Counted from the first letter of the stretch, positions 30,273 to 39,881 are shown. The stretch: DNA of 64,000 nt from Candidatus Thorarchaeota archaeon (GCA_003345595.1 PRDI01000129.1:1-64000), one strand, 5' to 3'. Made by a program: numbers and translations. The notes: a model not told the origin generated them from the letters alone.

Positions 30273-31472
30273 TCATCTCTCAGATTGTAGGTTCTTGAGT
30301 TCCTCTATGACTGCCGGCACAACCTCAAACAGGTCGCCGACTATTCCGAAGTCTGCAATCTCGAATATCGGCGCCTCGGGGTCCTTGTTTACTGCAACTA
30401 TAACGTCACTTGAGCTCATGCCGATCCTATGCTGGATCGCCCCAGATATACCCAAGGCAAAGTAGAGCTTGGGGCATACCGTGCGTCCAGACTGCCCGAC
30501 CTGTTGCGATGGGGGTAGCCAACCAGCGTCCACAACCGGCCTAGAGCCACCGACTGCCGCGTCGAGCAGCTTGGCCAATTCTGTGGGAAGTGTAAGGTTG
30601 GCCGGGTCTTTTATTCCCCGTCCGCTGCAGACAATGACATCGGCTGTGTCAATCGGCTTCATGCCTTCGGCAAGCTCTTTCACTCTATTCACGACCCTAG
30701 TCCGTATCTGAACTGGGTTGATCTTCACCTCAACCTTCTCAATGGTACCCTTCCGAGAAACGTCCCGCTCCCTCGGTTTGAAGACATTCGGCCGGACAGT
30801 TGACATCTGAGGTCTCGTGTATGGGCAGAGGATCTCGGCCATGATGTTCCCTCCGAATGCAGGGCGAATCTGCACAAGCTGTCGCTTGTCATCGATTTCA
30901 AGACCAGTACAGTCCGCGGTGAGCCCAAGGCCAAGCCGAGCCGCCACGCGAGGAGCAAGGTCTCTTCCGTTGCCTGTCGCACCGAACAGTACGATTGCCG
31001 GCTTGCGAGGAGCAATCAAAGACGTGACTGCAATAGTGTACGCATCTGTCGTGTAATCAGCAAAGGCCTTGTCATCCACTACGAGAACCTTGTCAGCTCC
31101 TTGCTGAATCAACGACTCCGCGTAACTGGATGTGTCTGATCCAATGAGCACAGCTACGACCTTCTCGCGGAGATTGTCGGCAAGGACACGCGCCTTGGTC
31201 ACTAGCTCATAGGCGACGCTCCGGACTCTTCCCTCAGCAGTCTCGCATACAACCCAGACGTCCTTGTACTGAGCAATCTTGTCCTTGTCCACAGCCTTCC
31301 TCTCGATCTTTATGGCATTCACAGGGCACACTTCTTGGCAGGAGCCACAGAGAACACACTTGTCAAAGTCGAAACGTACCTTATTGCCGTCCTTGGTAAT
31401 GGCCCCGAAGTTGCAGACCTTTGGGCACAGCATACAGCCAGTGCATTTCTCTTTGTCATAGATCAGTACCAT
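30273..31472 (-). CDS. etfA: Electron transfer flavoprotein alpha subunit with an N-terminal 2x[4Fe-4S] ferredoxin
   Basis: CTGCMLCPKVC and CVLCGSCQEVCP; GLTADCTGL, RPAFGG, QVGQSG, GISGAIQH, NKDPEAPIF. Confidence 0.95.
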   Translation of the reverse strand: MVLIYDKEKCTGCMLCPKVCNFGAITKDGNKVRFDFDKCVLCGSCQEVCPVNAIKIERKAVDKDKIAQYKDVWVVCETAEGRVRSVAYELVTKARVLADNLREKVVAVLIGSDTSSYAESLIQQGADKVLVVDDKAFADYTTDAYTIAVTSLIAPRKPAIVLFGATGNGRDLAPRVAARLGLGLTADCTGLEIDDKRQLVQIRPAFGGNIMAEILCPYTRPQMSTVRPNVFKPRERDVSRKGTIEKVEVKINPVQIRTRVVNRVKELAEGMKPIDTADVIVCSGRGIKDPANLTLPTELAKLLDAAVGGSRPVVDAGWLPPSQQVGQSGRTVCPKLYFALGISGAIQHRIGMSSSDVIVAVNKDPEAPIFEIADFGIVGDLFEVVPAVIEELKNLQSER

Positions 31473-31475
31473 TCT

Positions 31476-32264
31476 CTAGATCGCCCCCTTTGATGCAAGG
31501 AACTCAACAAGTTTCTTTGCTGCGGCCTTCGGGTCGGTTCCCTCTATCTTGATGCCGCCTTTCCTCCTCTCAGGTGCGAACACTTTCCTGACTGTCGTTG
31601 GTGACCCCTTGAGTCCAATTGAGTCTGGACTAATGCCCAGCGTCGTTACGGTCACTTCTTCGAGAGGCTTCTTCTTTGCCTTCATGATGCCCATGATGTT
31701 GGGGAGTCTGGGCTCGTTCAGACCCTTTGTGGCGGTCAGCAGTGCAGGCAGCTTCACTCTCACCACTTCATAGCCCTCATCAGTCCCGCGATGCACGACC
31801 ACGAACTTACCGTCCTCCTCGACCTCAAGGTGGCGTACATAACAGACCTGAGGAATACCAAGGAGCTCAGCAATCTCCGGACCCACCTGTGCGGTATCAC
31901 CATCTATGGCTTGCTTTCCACATATGACCAAGTCATACTCCATCTTCTTGATCTGTTCAGATAGAGTGCGAGCGGTCGCCCAGGTGTCCGCACCTGCGAA
32001 CGCTCTATCAGTGAGGAGAATCGCCTTGTCTGCGCCCATGGCCAGCGCCTTCAGCAGTACTTCCTTGGCTTGCGGGGGTCCCATCGTTACGACCGTGACC
32101 TCACCGCCGAGCTTCTCCTTAAGCTGAATCGCCGCCTCAACTGCGTACTCGTCGAATGGATTCAGAATGCTGGGCACTCCTTCTCGGATGAGCGTGCCGG
32201 TTTCAGGGTTGATACGAACCTCAGCAACCTCAGGAACTTGCTTGACAGGGACTATGACCTTCAT
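31476..32264 (-). CDS. etfB: Electron transfer flavoprotein beta subunit
   Basis: VKQVP, NPFDEYAVE, MGPPQA, DRAFAGADT, GKQAIDGDTAQVGP, EPRLP, GSPT. Confidence 0.95.
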   Translation of the reverse strand: MKVIVPVKQVPEVAEVRINPETGTLIREGVPSILNPFDEYAVEAAIQLKEKLGGEVTVVTMGPPQAKEVLLKALAMGADKAILLTDRAFAGADTWATARTLSEQIKKMEYDLVICGKQAIDGDTAQVGPEIAELLGIPQVCYVRHLEVEEDGKFVVVHRGTDEGYEVVRVKLPALLTATKGLNEPRLPNIMGIMKAKKKPLEEVTVTTLGISPDSIGLKGSPTTVRKVFAPERRKGGIKIEGTDPKAAAKKLVEFLASKGAI

Positions 32265-32477
32265 GAACGTACACCCCGAGGTGTCCACGTTGTTCGGCTC
32301 GCACGGGTAGTTCGTATCATTATAAGCAATGCGTACGAGGAACTGTCAGCCGGCCAGTAGTGTCCCTTACGTAGGCGGACCCTTTCAAGGAGGTGCGAGA
32401 GCAGGCCTTACGTAATCCTTTTATGAGAGCTTCGGCGGATAACCAGCCAATTGCTACTAAGAAGGTAGTGGACACTA

Positions 32478-32855
32478 ATGGGCAAAGAGAAAGGTATTGG
32501 CATACTCATATTCATCCTCGCATTCCTCGTGTTGATTTACTACACGTGGGGTCTTGTAATCCTGCAGAACCCATGGTTTGGACCAGCTGTTCAGAACTGG
32601 GTAGTTGCCACTTTTGGACCAGGGATATGGAGAGACATCTTCCTCCCGGACCCGATGTTCCTCATCATCCTTCCCGTCTGGCTTGCCGCCGTGCTGATTG
32701 CAGTCATCGCTATGTGGATTGGTTGGACTATGATCACCACACCAGCTCCTGAGCCACTCGAAGACTTCGATTTCGAAGAGGAGAAGGTGGCCGAGGGTAA
32801 GAAGGCTGAGGAGAAGAAGCCTGAAGAGAAGAAACCCGAGGAAAAGAAGAAGTAG
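32478..32855 (+). CDS. Two-TM membrane protein resembling DPM2/PIG-P, with a K/E-rich tail
   Basis: G.L.......IYYTW.LVIL...FLP......LPVWL...WIGWTMITTP; EEKK repeats. Confidence 0.65.
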   Translation: MGKEKGIGILIFILAFLVLIYYTWGLVILQNPWFGPAVQNWVVATFGPGIWRDIFLPDPMFLIILPVWLAAVLIAVIAMWIGWTMITTPAPEPLEDFDFEEEKVAEGKKAEEKKPEEKKPEEKKK

Positions 32856-32891
32856 AACGCTTCAAGAGAATAACCCAAGTCACTACCACAG

Positions 32892-32928
32892 GAGAGCGGA
32901 CCGCGTGGTCCCTCTCACCTTATTTTCT
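32892..32928 (+). terminator. Stem-loop plus T-tract between convergent genes
   Basis: GAGAG(C)GGACC-gcgt-GGTCCCTCTC followed by TTATTTTCT. Confidence 0.55.
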
Positions 32929-33022
32929 GTTGCACAACAAGAAACTGCGATATCGCAGCCGCTCTATCTTGCTCGGATACAGCGTAAATCGCGCTTTGTA
33001 TGGAACCTGTATGTCTACTGAC

Positions 33023-34381
33023 TCACACCTTGTCTACCGCTTCTAGAATCAACTTGACACCCATCTGGGATAGCTTGTCTGCCGTGTCTTGAGACCGCCC
33101 TTCTGCAAAACACCGCCACAGGGGCTCAGTACCTGATGGCCTCATGAGCACCCAACCTTCGTCATAGAGGAGCTTCACCCCGTCTAGTGTGACTCTGTTC
33201 TGCCCCTCGGTAAGGCGGAGCAGCGCATCAAGGATCTGATTCCTCTTCTCTGGAGGAACAGGGACCTTCGTCTTCGTGCTTGCATAGTGCGGGAGTTGTG
33301 AAACTAGCTCAGACAGCGTTTTGCCCTCCAAGGCCAGCATCTCAACGGTCTGTGCCGCGGTCATTGCTCCATCGCGAACAGGTTGATGTGGAGGATAGAA
33401 GACGCCCCCGTTCTCCTCACCCCCGAGTTCGCCACCTATCTCCTTCAGTTTGTGCGAAACCACGACGCTTCCCACTTCAGTCCACACAATGCGGGCTCCA
33501 GCCTCTCGGGCAACATCCTCAATCAGCCTTCCACTGCTGACAGGCGTCACAAGTGTGGATCCTCTCTTCTTGGGCAGCACACGGGCGGCTATTAGTGCAA
33601 ACGACTGGTCGCCCCAAAGAACCTGACCTTTCTCATCGACAAATGTTGCCCTGTCAGCATCGCCGTCATGTGCAATCCCAACATCCGCTCCTATGGCGAC
33701 CACTGCACGACGGAGAGATTCGAGATTCTCGGGGAGAGGCTCCGGGTTGCGACCAGGAAAAGCGCCATCCAGCTGCGCGTTGAGCGATATCACCTTGCAT
33801 CCAAGCTCCCTCATGAGACGCGGTGTGACCAAGGAACCTACACTGTTCGCCCCGTCAACGACAACTGTAAGCTTCCTCTTCTGTATCGCTTCGACACCAA
33901 CATGGGACTTCACTGCGTCTATGAACTGGTCTATTGCGGAGTCGTATGTTCTGACAGTCCCTATTCTATCCCATCCAACATTCGTAAAGCGCCTTCCGAA
34001 GTAGACATCCTCTATGCGTAATTCGGTTTCTCTCGAAACCTCAATACCGTCTGGCCCCACGACCTTTATTCCGTTGAACTCCGGGGGATTATGCGAAGCT
34101 GTAACGACGACGCCAGCCGCGCATCCTAGTTTCGGCACGACGAACTGAAGAGTTGGAGTCGGTGCCATGCCCACATCAACCACTGAACAACCAGTGGCCA
34201 AAAGGGCAGAAGTCACGGCCCTCGTGAACATCTCGCCACCCATCCGGGAGTCTCGAGCAGTGGCAACCAGACCCGGCCCCGAGATTGTCCCGACAGCCTT
34301 GCCAAGATTGAGTGCCATGTCAACGGTCAGACTTTGGTTGATGAGACCCCGGATGCCATTGGTCCCGAAGAGACGCCCCAT
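33023..34381 (-). CDS. glmM: Phosphoglucosamine mutase / phosphomannomutase (alpha-D-phosphohexomutase)
   Basis: LFGTNGIRG, TASHNP, DGDADR, GEENGG, RPSGTEP. Confidence 0.9.
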   Translation of the reverse strand: MGRLFGTNGIRGLINQSLTVDMALNLGKAVGTISGPGLVATARDSRMGGEMFTRAVTSALLATGCSVVDVGMAPTPTLQFVVPKLGCAAGVVVTASHNPPEFNGIKVVGPDGIEVSRETELRIEDVYFGRRFTNVGWDRIGTVRTYDSAIDQFIDAVKSHVGVEAIQKRKLTVVVDGANSVGSLVTPRLMRELGCKVISLNAQLDGAFPGRNPEPLPENLESLRRAVVAIGADVGIAHDGDADRATFVDEKGQVLWGDQSFALIAARVLPKKRGSTLVTPVSSGRLIEDVAREAGARIVWTEVGSVVVSHKLKEIGGELGGEENGGVFYPPHQPVRDGAMTAAQTVEMLALEGKTLSELVSQLPHYASTKTKVPVPPEKRNQILDALLRLTEGQNRVTLDGVKLLYDEGWVLMRPSGTEPLWRCFAEGRSQDTADKLSQMGVKLILEAVDKV

Positions 34382-34458
34382 CTGTGTTCACCAAATCAGA
34401 TGTCCCCATAGGCGATGACTTAAGAGTATCGTCAGTTCCGTGTCGAGCTGAAGTCAAT

Positions 34459-34974
34459 ATGCCACTCTTTAGACGTAAAGCAGACACTGAATATGAGCAG
34501 GCTGCAAAGCTGTTGATTGATGGAAATTCCCGCGAAGCCATTGACATGCTACGGCAGCTCATCTTGAAACACCCTAGGCATACTAACGCAATGGTGTCCC
34601 TGGCTGTTGCACTCATTGAACAGCAGGAAAGACCGGAAAAGGATAGCCCACTCACGAGGGAAGCCTTGGGTCTGCTCGATAAGGCCGCGACTCTAGCTCC
34701 TAAGGACGCTGTGCCACTTTTCAACAAGGGGGTATGTCTAAGAGATCTTGGCATGCTTGAGGATGCGTTAGTCTGCTTTCAAGCGGCGCTCGGTATTGAA
34801 AAGAAACTCCCATTGGCCATTCTCCACATGGCGGAAGTCAACTACGAACTCGGTAGATGGGAGAAATCAATCGAACTCGCTAGGCTTGCGCTGATGAGAG
34901 ACCCCGGTCTGGAAGGTTCCATGGAATGGGTGCGCGATGCAGTGAGCAAAGCCGCTGGTCAGAGCAGACCCTGA
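34459..34974 (+). CDS. Tetratricopeptide repeat protein
   Basis: TPR-like helices (A.PLFNKG.CL..LG..E.AL..F..AL). Start at MPLFR. Confidence 0.8.
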   Translation: MPLFRRKADTEYEQAAKLLIDGNSREAIDMLRQLILKHPRHTNAMVSLAVALIEQQERPEKDSPLTREALGLLDKAATLAPKDAVPLFNKGVCLRDLGMLEDALVCFQAALGIEKKLPLAILHMAEVNYELGRWEKSIELARLALMRDPGLEGSMEWVRDAVSKAAGQSRP

Positions 34975-35077
34975 AACGCATCTGTCACACGACCGTGACG
35001 AAACGTTTAAGTTAACACTCTAGTGGGTCACCCCAATCCGAGTGGTCACGGCCATCTCAACCTATTACGGTGATTAC

Positions 35078-35488
35078 ATGTCACAGAAAGGAGTTCCGAC
35101 ATATCGCGGACACGAGCTCGAGGCCCTTGCCAAGATGAGCATGGACGAGCTGATAGAGCTTCTTCCATCACGCAGGAGAAGGACCCTGAAGCGAGGGCTG
35201 CCTCCCAGACAAAAGAAACTCTTGATCAAGCTCAGGAATGCACGAAAGGCTCAGAAGAAGGGCAAAGAACTCATCGTGAAGACCCATTGCCGTGACATGG
35301 TTATACTTCCCGAGATGGTCGACCTGACAGTAGCCGTGCATAATGGTAAGGATTTCGCTAGGATCAAGATAATCCCGCAGATGATTGGACACGTCCTTGG
35401 AGAGTTTGCCCCTCCAACCAAGAAGGTTTCCCATGGCAACCCAGGCATTGGTGCAACCAAGTCATCATCATTCGTACCGCTGAAGTAA
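35078..35488 (+). CDS. rps19p: 30S ribosomal protein uS19 (archaeal S19P)
   Basis: YRG..LE.L..MS, LPSRRRRTLKRG, KTHCRDMVILPEMV, MIGH.LGEF, HGNPGIGATKSSSFVPLK; GGTGA SD. Confidence 0.97.
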   Translation: MSQKGVPTYRGHELEALAKMSMDELIELLPSRRRRTLKRGLPPRQKKLLIKLRNARKAQKKGKELIVKTHCRDMVILPEMVDLTVAVHNGKDFARIKIIPQMIGHVLGEFAPPTKKVSHGNPGIGATKSSSFVPLK

Positions 35489-35634
35489 GTGCGCTTCTTT
35501 CCGAACATGCATACTCGTGACGCCTGCGTCAATCACAGTGCGTCCTTGTCCTGTTCTCTGTAGAGAAATCTTGTGTCAATTGTGGGAATGGTTCTTAGGA
35601 AAGACACCAACCAAGGACGGAACGGAGAGAGCAA

Positions 35635-36102
35635 GTGAAGACAGCTCTGATTGTATACGAAAACAAATATGGCAACACGAAACGCTTGGCAGGTGCAATT
35701 GCTGAAGGCATTCGCCAGGCAGGAAACATCGAATGCAAGGTTGCGGCAGTTGGAGAGGTACAACCTGATGAGCTCCCCGAGTACGACACAGTTCTGTTTG
35801 GTTGTCCAAACCACATGCAGGGGCCTAGCCGCGGAATCATGAGTTTCATCGATCGCGCAGCTATTGTTGACCTGAGCGGCAAGACCGGAGCAGCTTTTGA
35901 CACATACATGGGCGGCAACAAGGGAATAGCAGTGACTAAACTGGAGCAGAAGATACGGCAGAAACTTCCCGGCATGCGGCTAGTTATCCCGGGCCTATCA
36001 GCAGAGGTCAGGAGCAGAACCGGGCCTTTGGTTGAAGAAGAGATCCCGAGGGCTAGTCAGTTTGGCAAGATCATCGGCGAAGCACTGCTCAGACGAGCAT
36101 AA
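35635..36102 (+). CDS. Flavodoxin-like protein
   Basis: YENKYGNTKRLA, FGCPNH, AAFDT. Confidence 0.85.
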   Translation: MKTALIVYENKYGNTKRLAGAIAEGIRQAGNIECKVAAVGEVQPDELPEYDTVLFGCPNHMQGPSRGIMSFIDRAAIVDLSGKTGAAFDTYMGGNKGIAVTKLEQKIRQKLPGMRLVIPGLSAEVRSRTGPLVEEEIPRASQFGKIIGEALLRRA

Positions 36103-36197
36103 CCGTTCGTGAAATCCTCCGTCATTATACTCATGCGGTTTGCACAGAGATAGCGTTCTGTTCGCAGGCACTGTGAGGCCCGTTTCGTCAGCGAAGT

Positions 36198-37382
36198 CTA
36201 TATCTCGTAGCGGTCGGGTGCACGCGATAGTCGACTACAGCCTGCTTCTGTGACGGCAAAAGTGTCTTCAATGCCTAGTATCTTCTTACCCAAGAAGACG
36301 AGCTTTGGCTCGCATGCCACTACATTTCCTGGCTCGAGATCCGGCCCTCCTGAGTAGAACACAGGCAGATCATCTAGTTCCAGTCCGACACCGTGTCCGA
36401 CAAATGACACCTTATCAGACCCATCCCCCATGAAGTGTTCTTCAATGCCGAGTTCTCTGCTCAGTGCAAGCACTCTGCCGTAAAGAGTCCCCAAGTTCAT
36501 CCCTGGTTGAAGCCCTTTCTGGATGAGCAGGCGGATTTGATCCAGCGAGTCAAGCTGACTACGGGTTTCCGGGTCGAATCTGCCAAGCACGAAGGTTCGT
36601 GTAGTGTCGGATATGTAGCCTTGACAGTTGCCGCAGGTGTCCACCAAGAAGGGAGAGTCGCGTCCTATCTTCTGATGAGATGGTCCGAATGGATATTTCA
36701 GAGACAGGCCTCCGCTTGAAACAGGAGTGAATTGGCTGTTCAGAGCTGACGCAGTGCTTGAAACAACGTAGGAGTATTGGGGCATGAGAAAGCCATAGGC
36801 CCGCGTTGTTATGAAACCCCCATGGCCATTCTCAAGCAACCAACAATCCAGTTGTGCCGCCAGCTCCACTTCGGTCATGTTCGGCTTTGCTATGCCCGTG
36901 CAGAAATCGAAAGAGCGATCTACGATGTTTGCGGCTTTCTCGATCAACTCAATCTCAGACTCGGACTTCACAGAGCGTTGATGCCGGAATATGAAACTGC
37001 CATCGACAAGCTGAGTCCGGCCTGCCTTGGACTGGAGAAACGACACAAGGGAAAATGGCAAAAGATCTGCTTCTACGGCGATTCGTGTTTCTGATTTGAT
37101 TCCTAGTGTTTCGAAGAGCTTTGACTGTTTCCCAAAGCTCTGAACTATCGGAATCGCTGAATGTAGGCGGGCGAGCGCGACGTTACGCTTTACGAGATGA
37201 ACGGGCGCGCCGTCCACGGGAATGTATACCGCCCCTTCAAGTCCAATTCCTGAGTAGTAATAGAGTTCTGTTGCTGAAAGAAGCAGAGCGCCATCGATGC
37301 CTTGTTCATTCAACCTGCGACGCAGACTGCCTATTCTTGCTTCAATCTCTGATCGAGAGAAACTGCTGCTGCAACTAGACAT
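36198..37382 (-). CDS. Xaa-Pro aminopeptidase family (M24)
   Basis: RSVKSESEI, D......GYISDTTRT, GHGVGLELD, EPK, GIEDT. Confidence 0.9.
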   Translation of the reverse strand: MSSCSSSFSRSEIEARIGSLRRRLNEQGIDGALLLSATELYYYSGIGLEGAVYIPVDGAPVHLVKRNVALARLHSAIPIVQSFGKQSKLFETLGIKSETRIAVEADLLPFSLVSFLQSKAGRTQLVDGSFIFRHQRSVKSESEIELIEKAANIVDRSFDFCTGIAKPNMTEVELAAQLDCWLLENGHGGFITTRAYGFLMPQYSYVVSSTASALNSQFTPVSSGGLSLKYPFGPSHQKIGRDSPFLVDTCGNCQGYISDTTRTFVLGRFDPETRSQLDSLDQIRLLIQKGLQPGMNLGTLYGRVLALSRELGIEEHFMGDGSDKVSFVGHGVGLELDDLPVFYSGGPDLEPGNVVACEPKLVFLGKKILGIEDTFAVTEAGCSRLSRAPDRYEI

Positions 37383-37596
37383 GAATTAGTGACCAATTCT
37401 GATAATGAACGTGCATGTGAAAAACGTGACGAACTGAAACCAGCTCTGTCTGCTTCGCCTGCCCCCCCAGCACTTCTGAAACGAGGGAGTAGACGAGCCC
37501 GTCGTGTCGTCTGCGCCTTTGTTTGGAGAATGCACATTATCCTTATTAATCAGCACTAATATGATATAATATATACTACGGGAGGATAGTCTGAAC

Positions 37597-38004
37597 ATGG
37601 ACTGCCTGCATTCGGCCTACAACTCTTCTATCATATCATGCGGCAGATCCAGCTGTATAATCCTCTACAGAGGGGAGGATTGCTTCTTTTGTGATGTTGC
37701 TAGCGAGATGCTGAACAGCATCATATCTCAGTATGGCGTGTCAAACGAAGTCATCCGTGAGATCGACATTGACTCATCAGAAGAGATTGACCCTGAAACT
37801 GCCATCGTAGCACTCCCCACCATAAGGATATGTGACTCCGTGATGTCGGGTCTTCCTGAAGAGGACCTCATAAGCGACGCCATCATCCGTGTGCTGATGA
37901 AAGACTGTTTCTCGGAGCATATTGTGAGTCACAATGTAGTATCTCAACCTCAAGCGCTAGAGAGTGTGCCTGGTTCTCTCGGCCAGCGGACAGAACAGGC
38001 CTAG
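37597..38004 (+). CDS. Thioredoxin/glutaredoxin-like protein
   Basis: CFFC (CxxC), EIDID, VALPTI (cis-Pro loop). Confidence 0.7.
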   Translation: MDCLHSAYNSSIISCGRSSCIILYRGEDCFFCDVASEMLNSIISQYGVSNEVIREIDIDSSEEIDPETAIVALPTIRICDSVMSGLPEEDLISDAIIRVLMKDCFSEHIVSHNVVSQPQALESVPGSLGQRTEQA

Positions 38005-38124
38005 TCAGCAACAAAGCCTTTGACAGCAGTAGCAGACTGCGAACTTCTGCGCAAGTGGCAGCAAGTCCAGGATGGTCGTGCGGCCCCGACTCTTGCGTCC
38101 TTTCACACATAGATTTCGGACGAG

Positions 38125-38580
38125 TTAGGAATCCATCTCTATTGTTTCCCAGCGGACTCTTCCCGCTTGAACGGCCTCCTTTATCTTCCGTTCAGTACGG
38201 TTGAGCTGAGCCTCCCCGGTCTTTATGTCTGCGATAACGACCTCGATTGAACCTTCTGACTTCCCGTCCTTGATTGCTGTGTAGCCGTCAAAGATCACAT
38301 AGTCGATTGGTGATCCTATGAAGCGGGCGTCCGAGAGCACATGCCTGAACTTCTCTTGGAGTAGAGGAACTATGTGTTCCCCAATTTTGCCCTTAATGAC
38401 ATAGCGGCTGCGCTCCGTCGCGTCCTTCCTTATGCCTGCCTCCTGCTCCGCCCATGTTCTTCTGAACTCTGCCTCCACCTTGGATATGCGGTATCTCAGC
38501 TTCATGTTGAGGACAAGATACACTGCAAACGCAATCAGAAGTCCTAGCGCAAGCCCGACAAGTGTGTCCTCCAGAGGCAT
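38125..38580 (-). CDS. Membrane-anchored Holliday-junction-resolvase-like endonuclease (Endonuc_Holl)
   Basis: N-terminal TM, RKDA.ERSR..IKGK..EH, DARFIGSPIDYVIFDG, DIKTG. Confidence 0.85.
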   Translation of the reverse strand: MPLEDTLVGLALGLLIAFAVYLVLNMKLRYRISKVEAEFRRTWAEQEAGIRKDATERSRYVIKGKIGEHIVPLLQEKFRHVLSDARFIGSPIDYVIFDGYTAIKDGKSEGSIEVVIADIKTGEAQLNRTERKIKEAVQAGRVRWETIEMDS

Positions 38581-38754
38581 GTTGCCTGTTTCCCCTCCAT
38601 CCAATATATACTCGGGTAATCGGTAGGGCATACAGCTGTGACCGATGGGTCTTGTGGTCATACGGCATCTGCCGATGGAGTGTTCGGGGAAAGACTGATT
38701 AGTACCTAGAGAGCCCAAGCTCAGAAATTGCCCGAACCGGGGCTGAAACCGCCC

Positions 38755-39162
38755 ATGAGAATGCAGACTAAGATTGCGGCATTCGGCGCACTCGTCTTGG
38801 TCGCTCTATCGACAGTGACCATCATGGCGCTATTCGACGACGTGGAAGGGCCGTTCATCTATGAGGTGGATATCTTACCTGTTACACCCAAGAGCGGCGA
38901 CATGATAACCGTCAGCGCCTACTGCATTGACACCTCTGGAGTGTCCTCTGCGAGCATGTCATGGTCGGTTAACGAAACGGGGTGGGTCGAGCAGGACATG
39001 GTATTCTATGCGTGCCTGTGCCTAGCAGGAGGAAGATGGATTGCCAGCTTTGGTCCCGTCAACGCAGGTGACATAGTGCACATGTATGTGACAGCGTTTG
39101 ACAACACACCCGGTCACAACTCTGCAAACACCCAGACCTTTCAACTCCAGATAGCGACGTGA
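38755..39162 (+). CDS. Membrane-anchored extracellular Ig-like protein with a CLC motif
   Basis: Signal/TM, P.IYEV..P..P..GD.ITVSA...D.SGV, FYACLCLAGG. Confidence 0.7.
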   Translation: MRMQTKIAAFGALVLVALSTVTIMALFDDVEGPFIYEVDILPVTPKSGDMITVSAYCIDTSGVSSASMSWSVNETGWVEQDMVFYACLCLAGGRWIASFGPVNAGDIVHMYVTAFDNTPGHNSANTQTFQLQIAT

Positions 39163-39176
39163 AGTTGGTGACAAAC

Positions 39177-39371
39177 ATGAGAATCGAAGCAATCATCAAC
39201 CTAGTGATACTTGTAGTCGGAGTGATTGTTGCTATTGCACCCTGGACCTTCGCACCAGTCTGTGTGAGCCAGATGAGATGCTGGAATACTCGCGATGTGG
39301 AGACAGTCTTGGGTGCTTCTATTGCACTTCTTGCTCTTGTCAGCACGTACAGGCTTCTCGCTCACGGGTGA
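39177..39371 (+). CDS. Small DUF4418-like membrane protein
   Basis: TM - APVC...MRCWNT - TM; GGTGA SD. Confidence 0.65.
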   Translation: MRIEAIINLVILVVGVIVAIAPWTFAPVCVSQMRCWNTRDVETVLGASIALLALVSTYRLLAHG

Positions 39372-39399
39372 AGAGAAACGGTTTCTCGGGGGTCTGATA

Positions 39400-39870
39400 G
39401 TGAACCGGGAACAACGCAGGATGTTTGAAGTGGCCTTCGTCATTGTGGGATGCCTCGGTATCTACGCCTTCACAAGCACCCTCCAAGTTGTTCATTACTG
39501 CAGCTGGACCGGACTGCAGATCCGTGAACGCATTGGCCATGAGATCACATTCTACTTCGCAAACGGCACCCAGAAGTATTACTGCTGCGTGAGCGTATCG
39601 CTTTTGGCGTTTGATTATCTCATTAGCATCGGACAAGCCGATAACATCGTCAACATACGAGTTAGATGCCCGATGTGCGGGATGTCAATGGATTGGGATG
39701 ACCAGATGATTGTGTGGATTACTCAGCCTAGCTATCTATGCCCTACGACAGGCACGCCCACGATTGTCAGTGTGTGTCAGGACCTCCCGAATTCGGAGCT
39801 GTGCGAGAGCCACTTCTTACAGCTACACGGTGGCAACCTCACCACAAACCCCTACGTCTGGCCCCCATAG
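39400..39870 (+). CDS. NosL-like Cys-rich membrane-anchored protein
   Basis: TM, C..TGL.I, ITFYFANG.QKYYCC, CPMCGM, C-terminal F...HGG. GTG start at 39400. Confidence 0.6.
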   Translation: MNREQRRMFEVAFVIVGCLGIYAFTSTLQVVHYCSWTGLQIRERIGHEITFYFANGTQKYYCCVSVSLLAFDYLISIGQADNIVNIRVRCPMCGMSMDWDDQMIVWITQPSYLCPTTGTPTIVSVCQDLPNSELCESHFLQLHGGNLTTNPYVWPP

Positions 39871-39881
39871 AGGTGGTATCC

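Noticed and set aside
32780-32852. GAAGAA-rich tandem repeat as a contingency locus
   Set aside because: It encodes a K/E low-complexity tail with synonymous variation between units.
37597-38004. KaiB-like clock protein
   Set aside because: It has a CxxC motif typical of thioredoxin/glutaredoxin and no KaiC neighbour.
38125-38580. Provirus marker
   Set aside because: This family is common on archaeal chromosomes, and there are no viral or integrase genes nearby.
39373-39387. GAGAAAC-G-GTTTCTC palindrome right after a UGA stop as a selenocysteine signal
   Set aside because: A 1-nt loop cannot form a SECIS, and the UGA does not sit at a Cys-like position.
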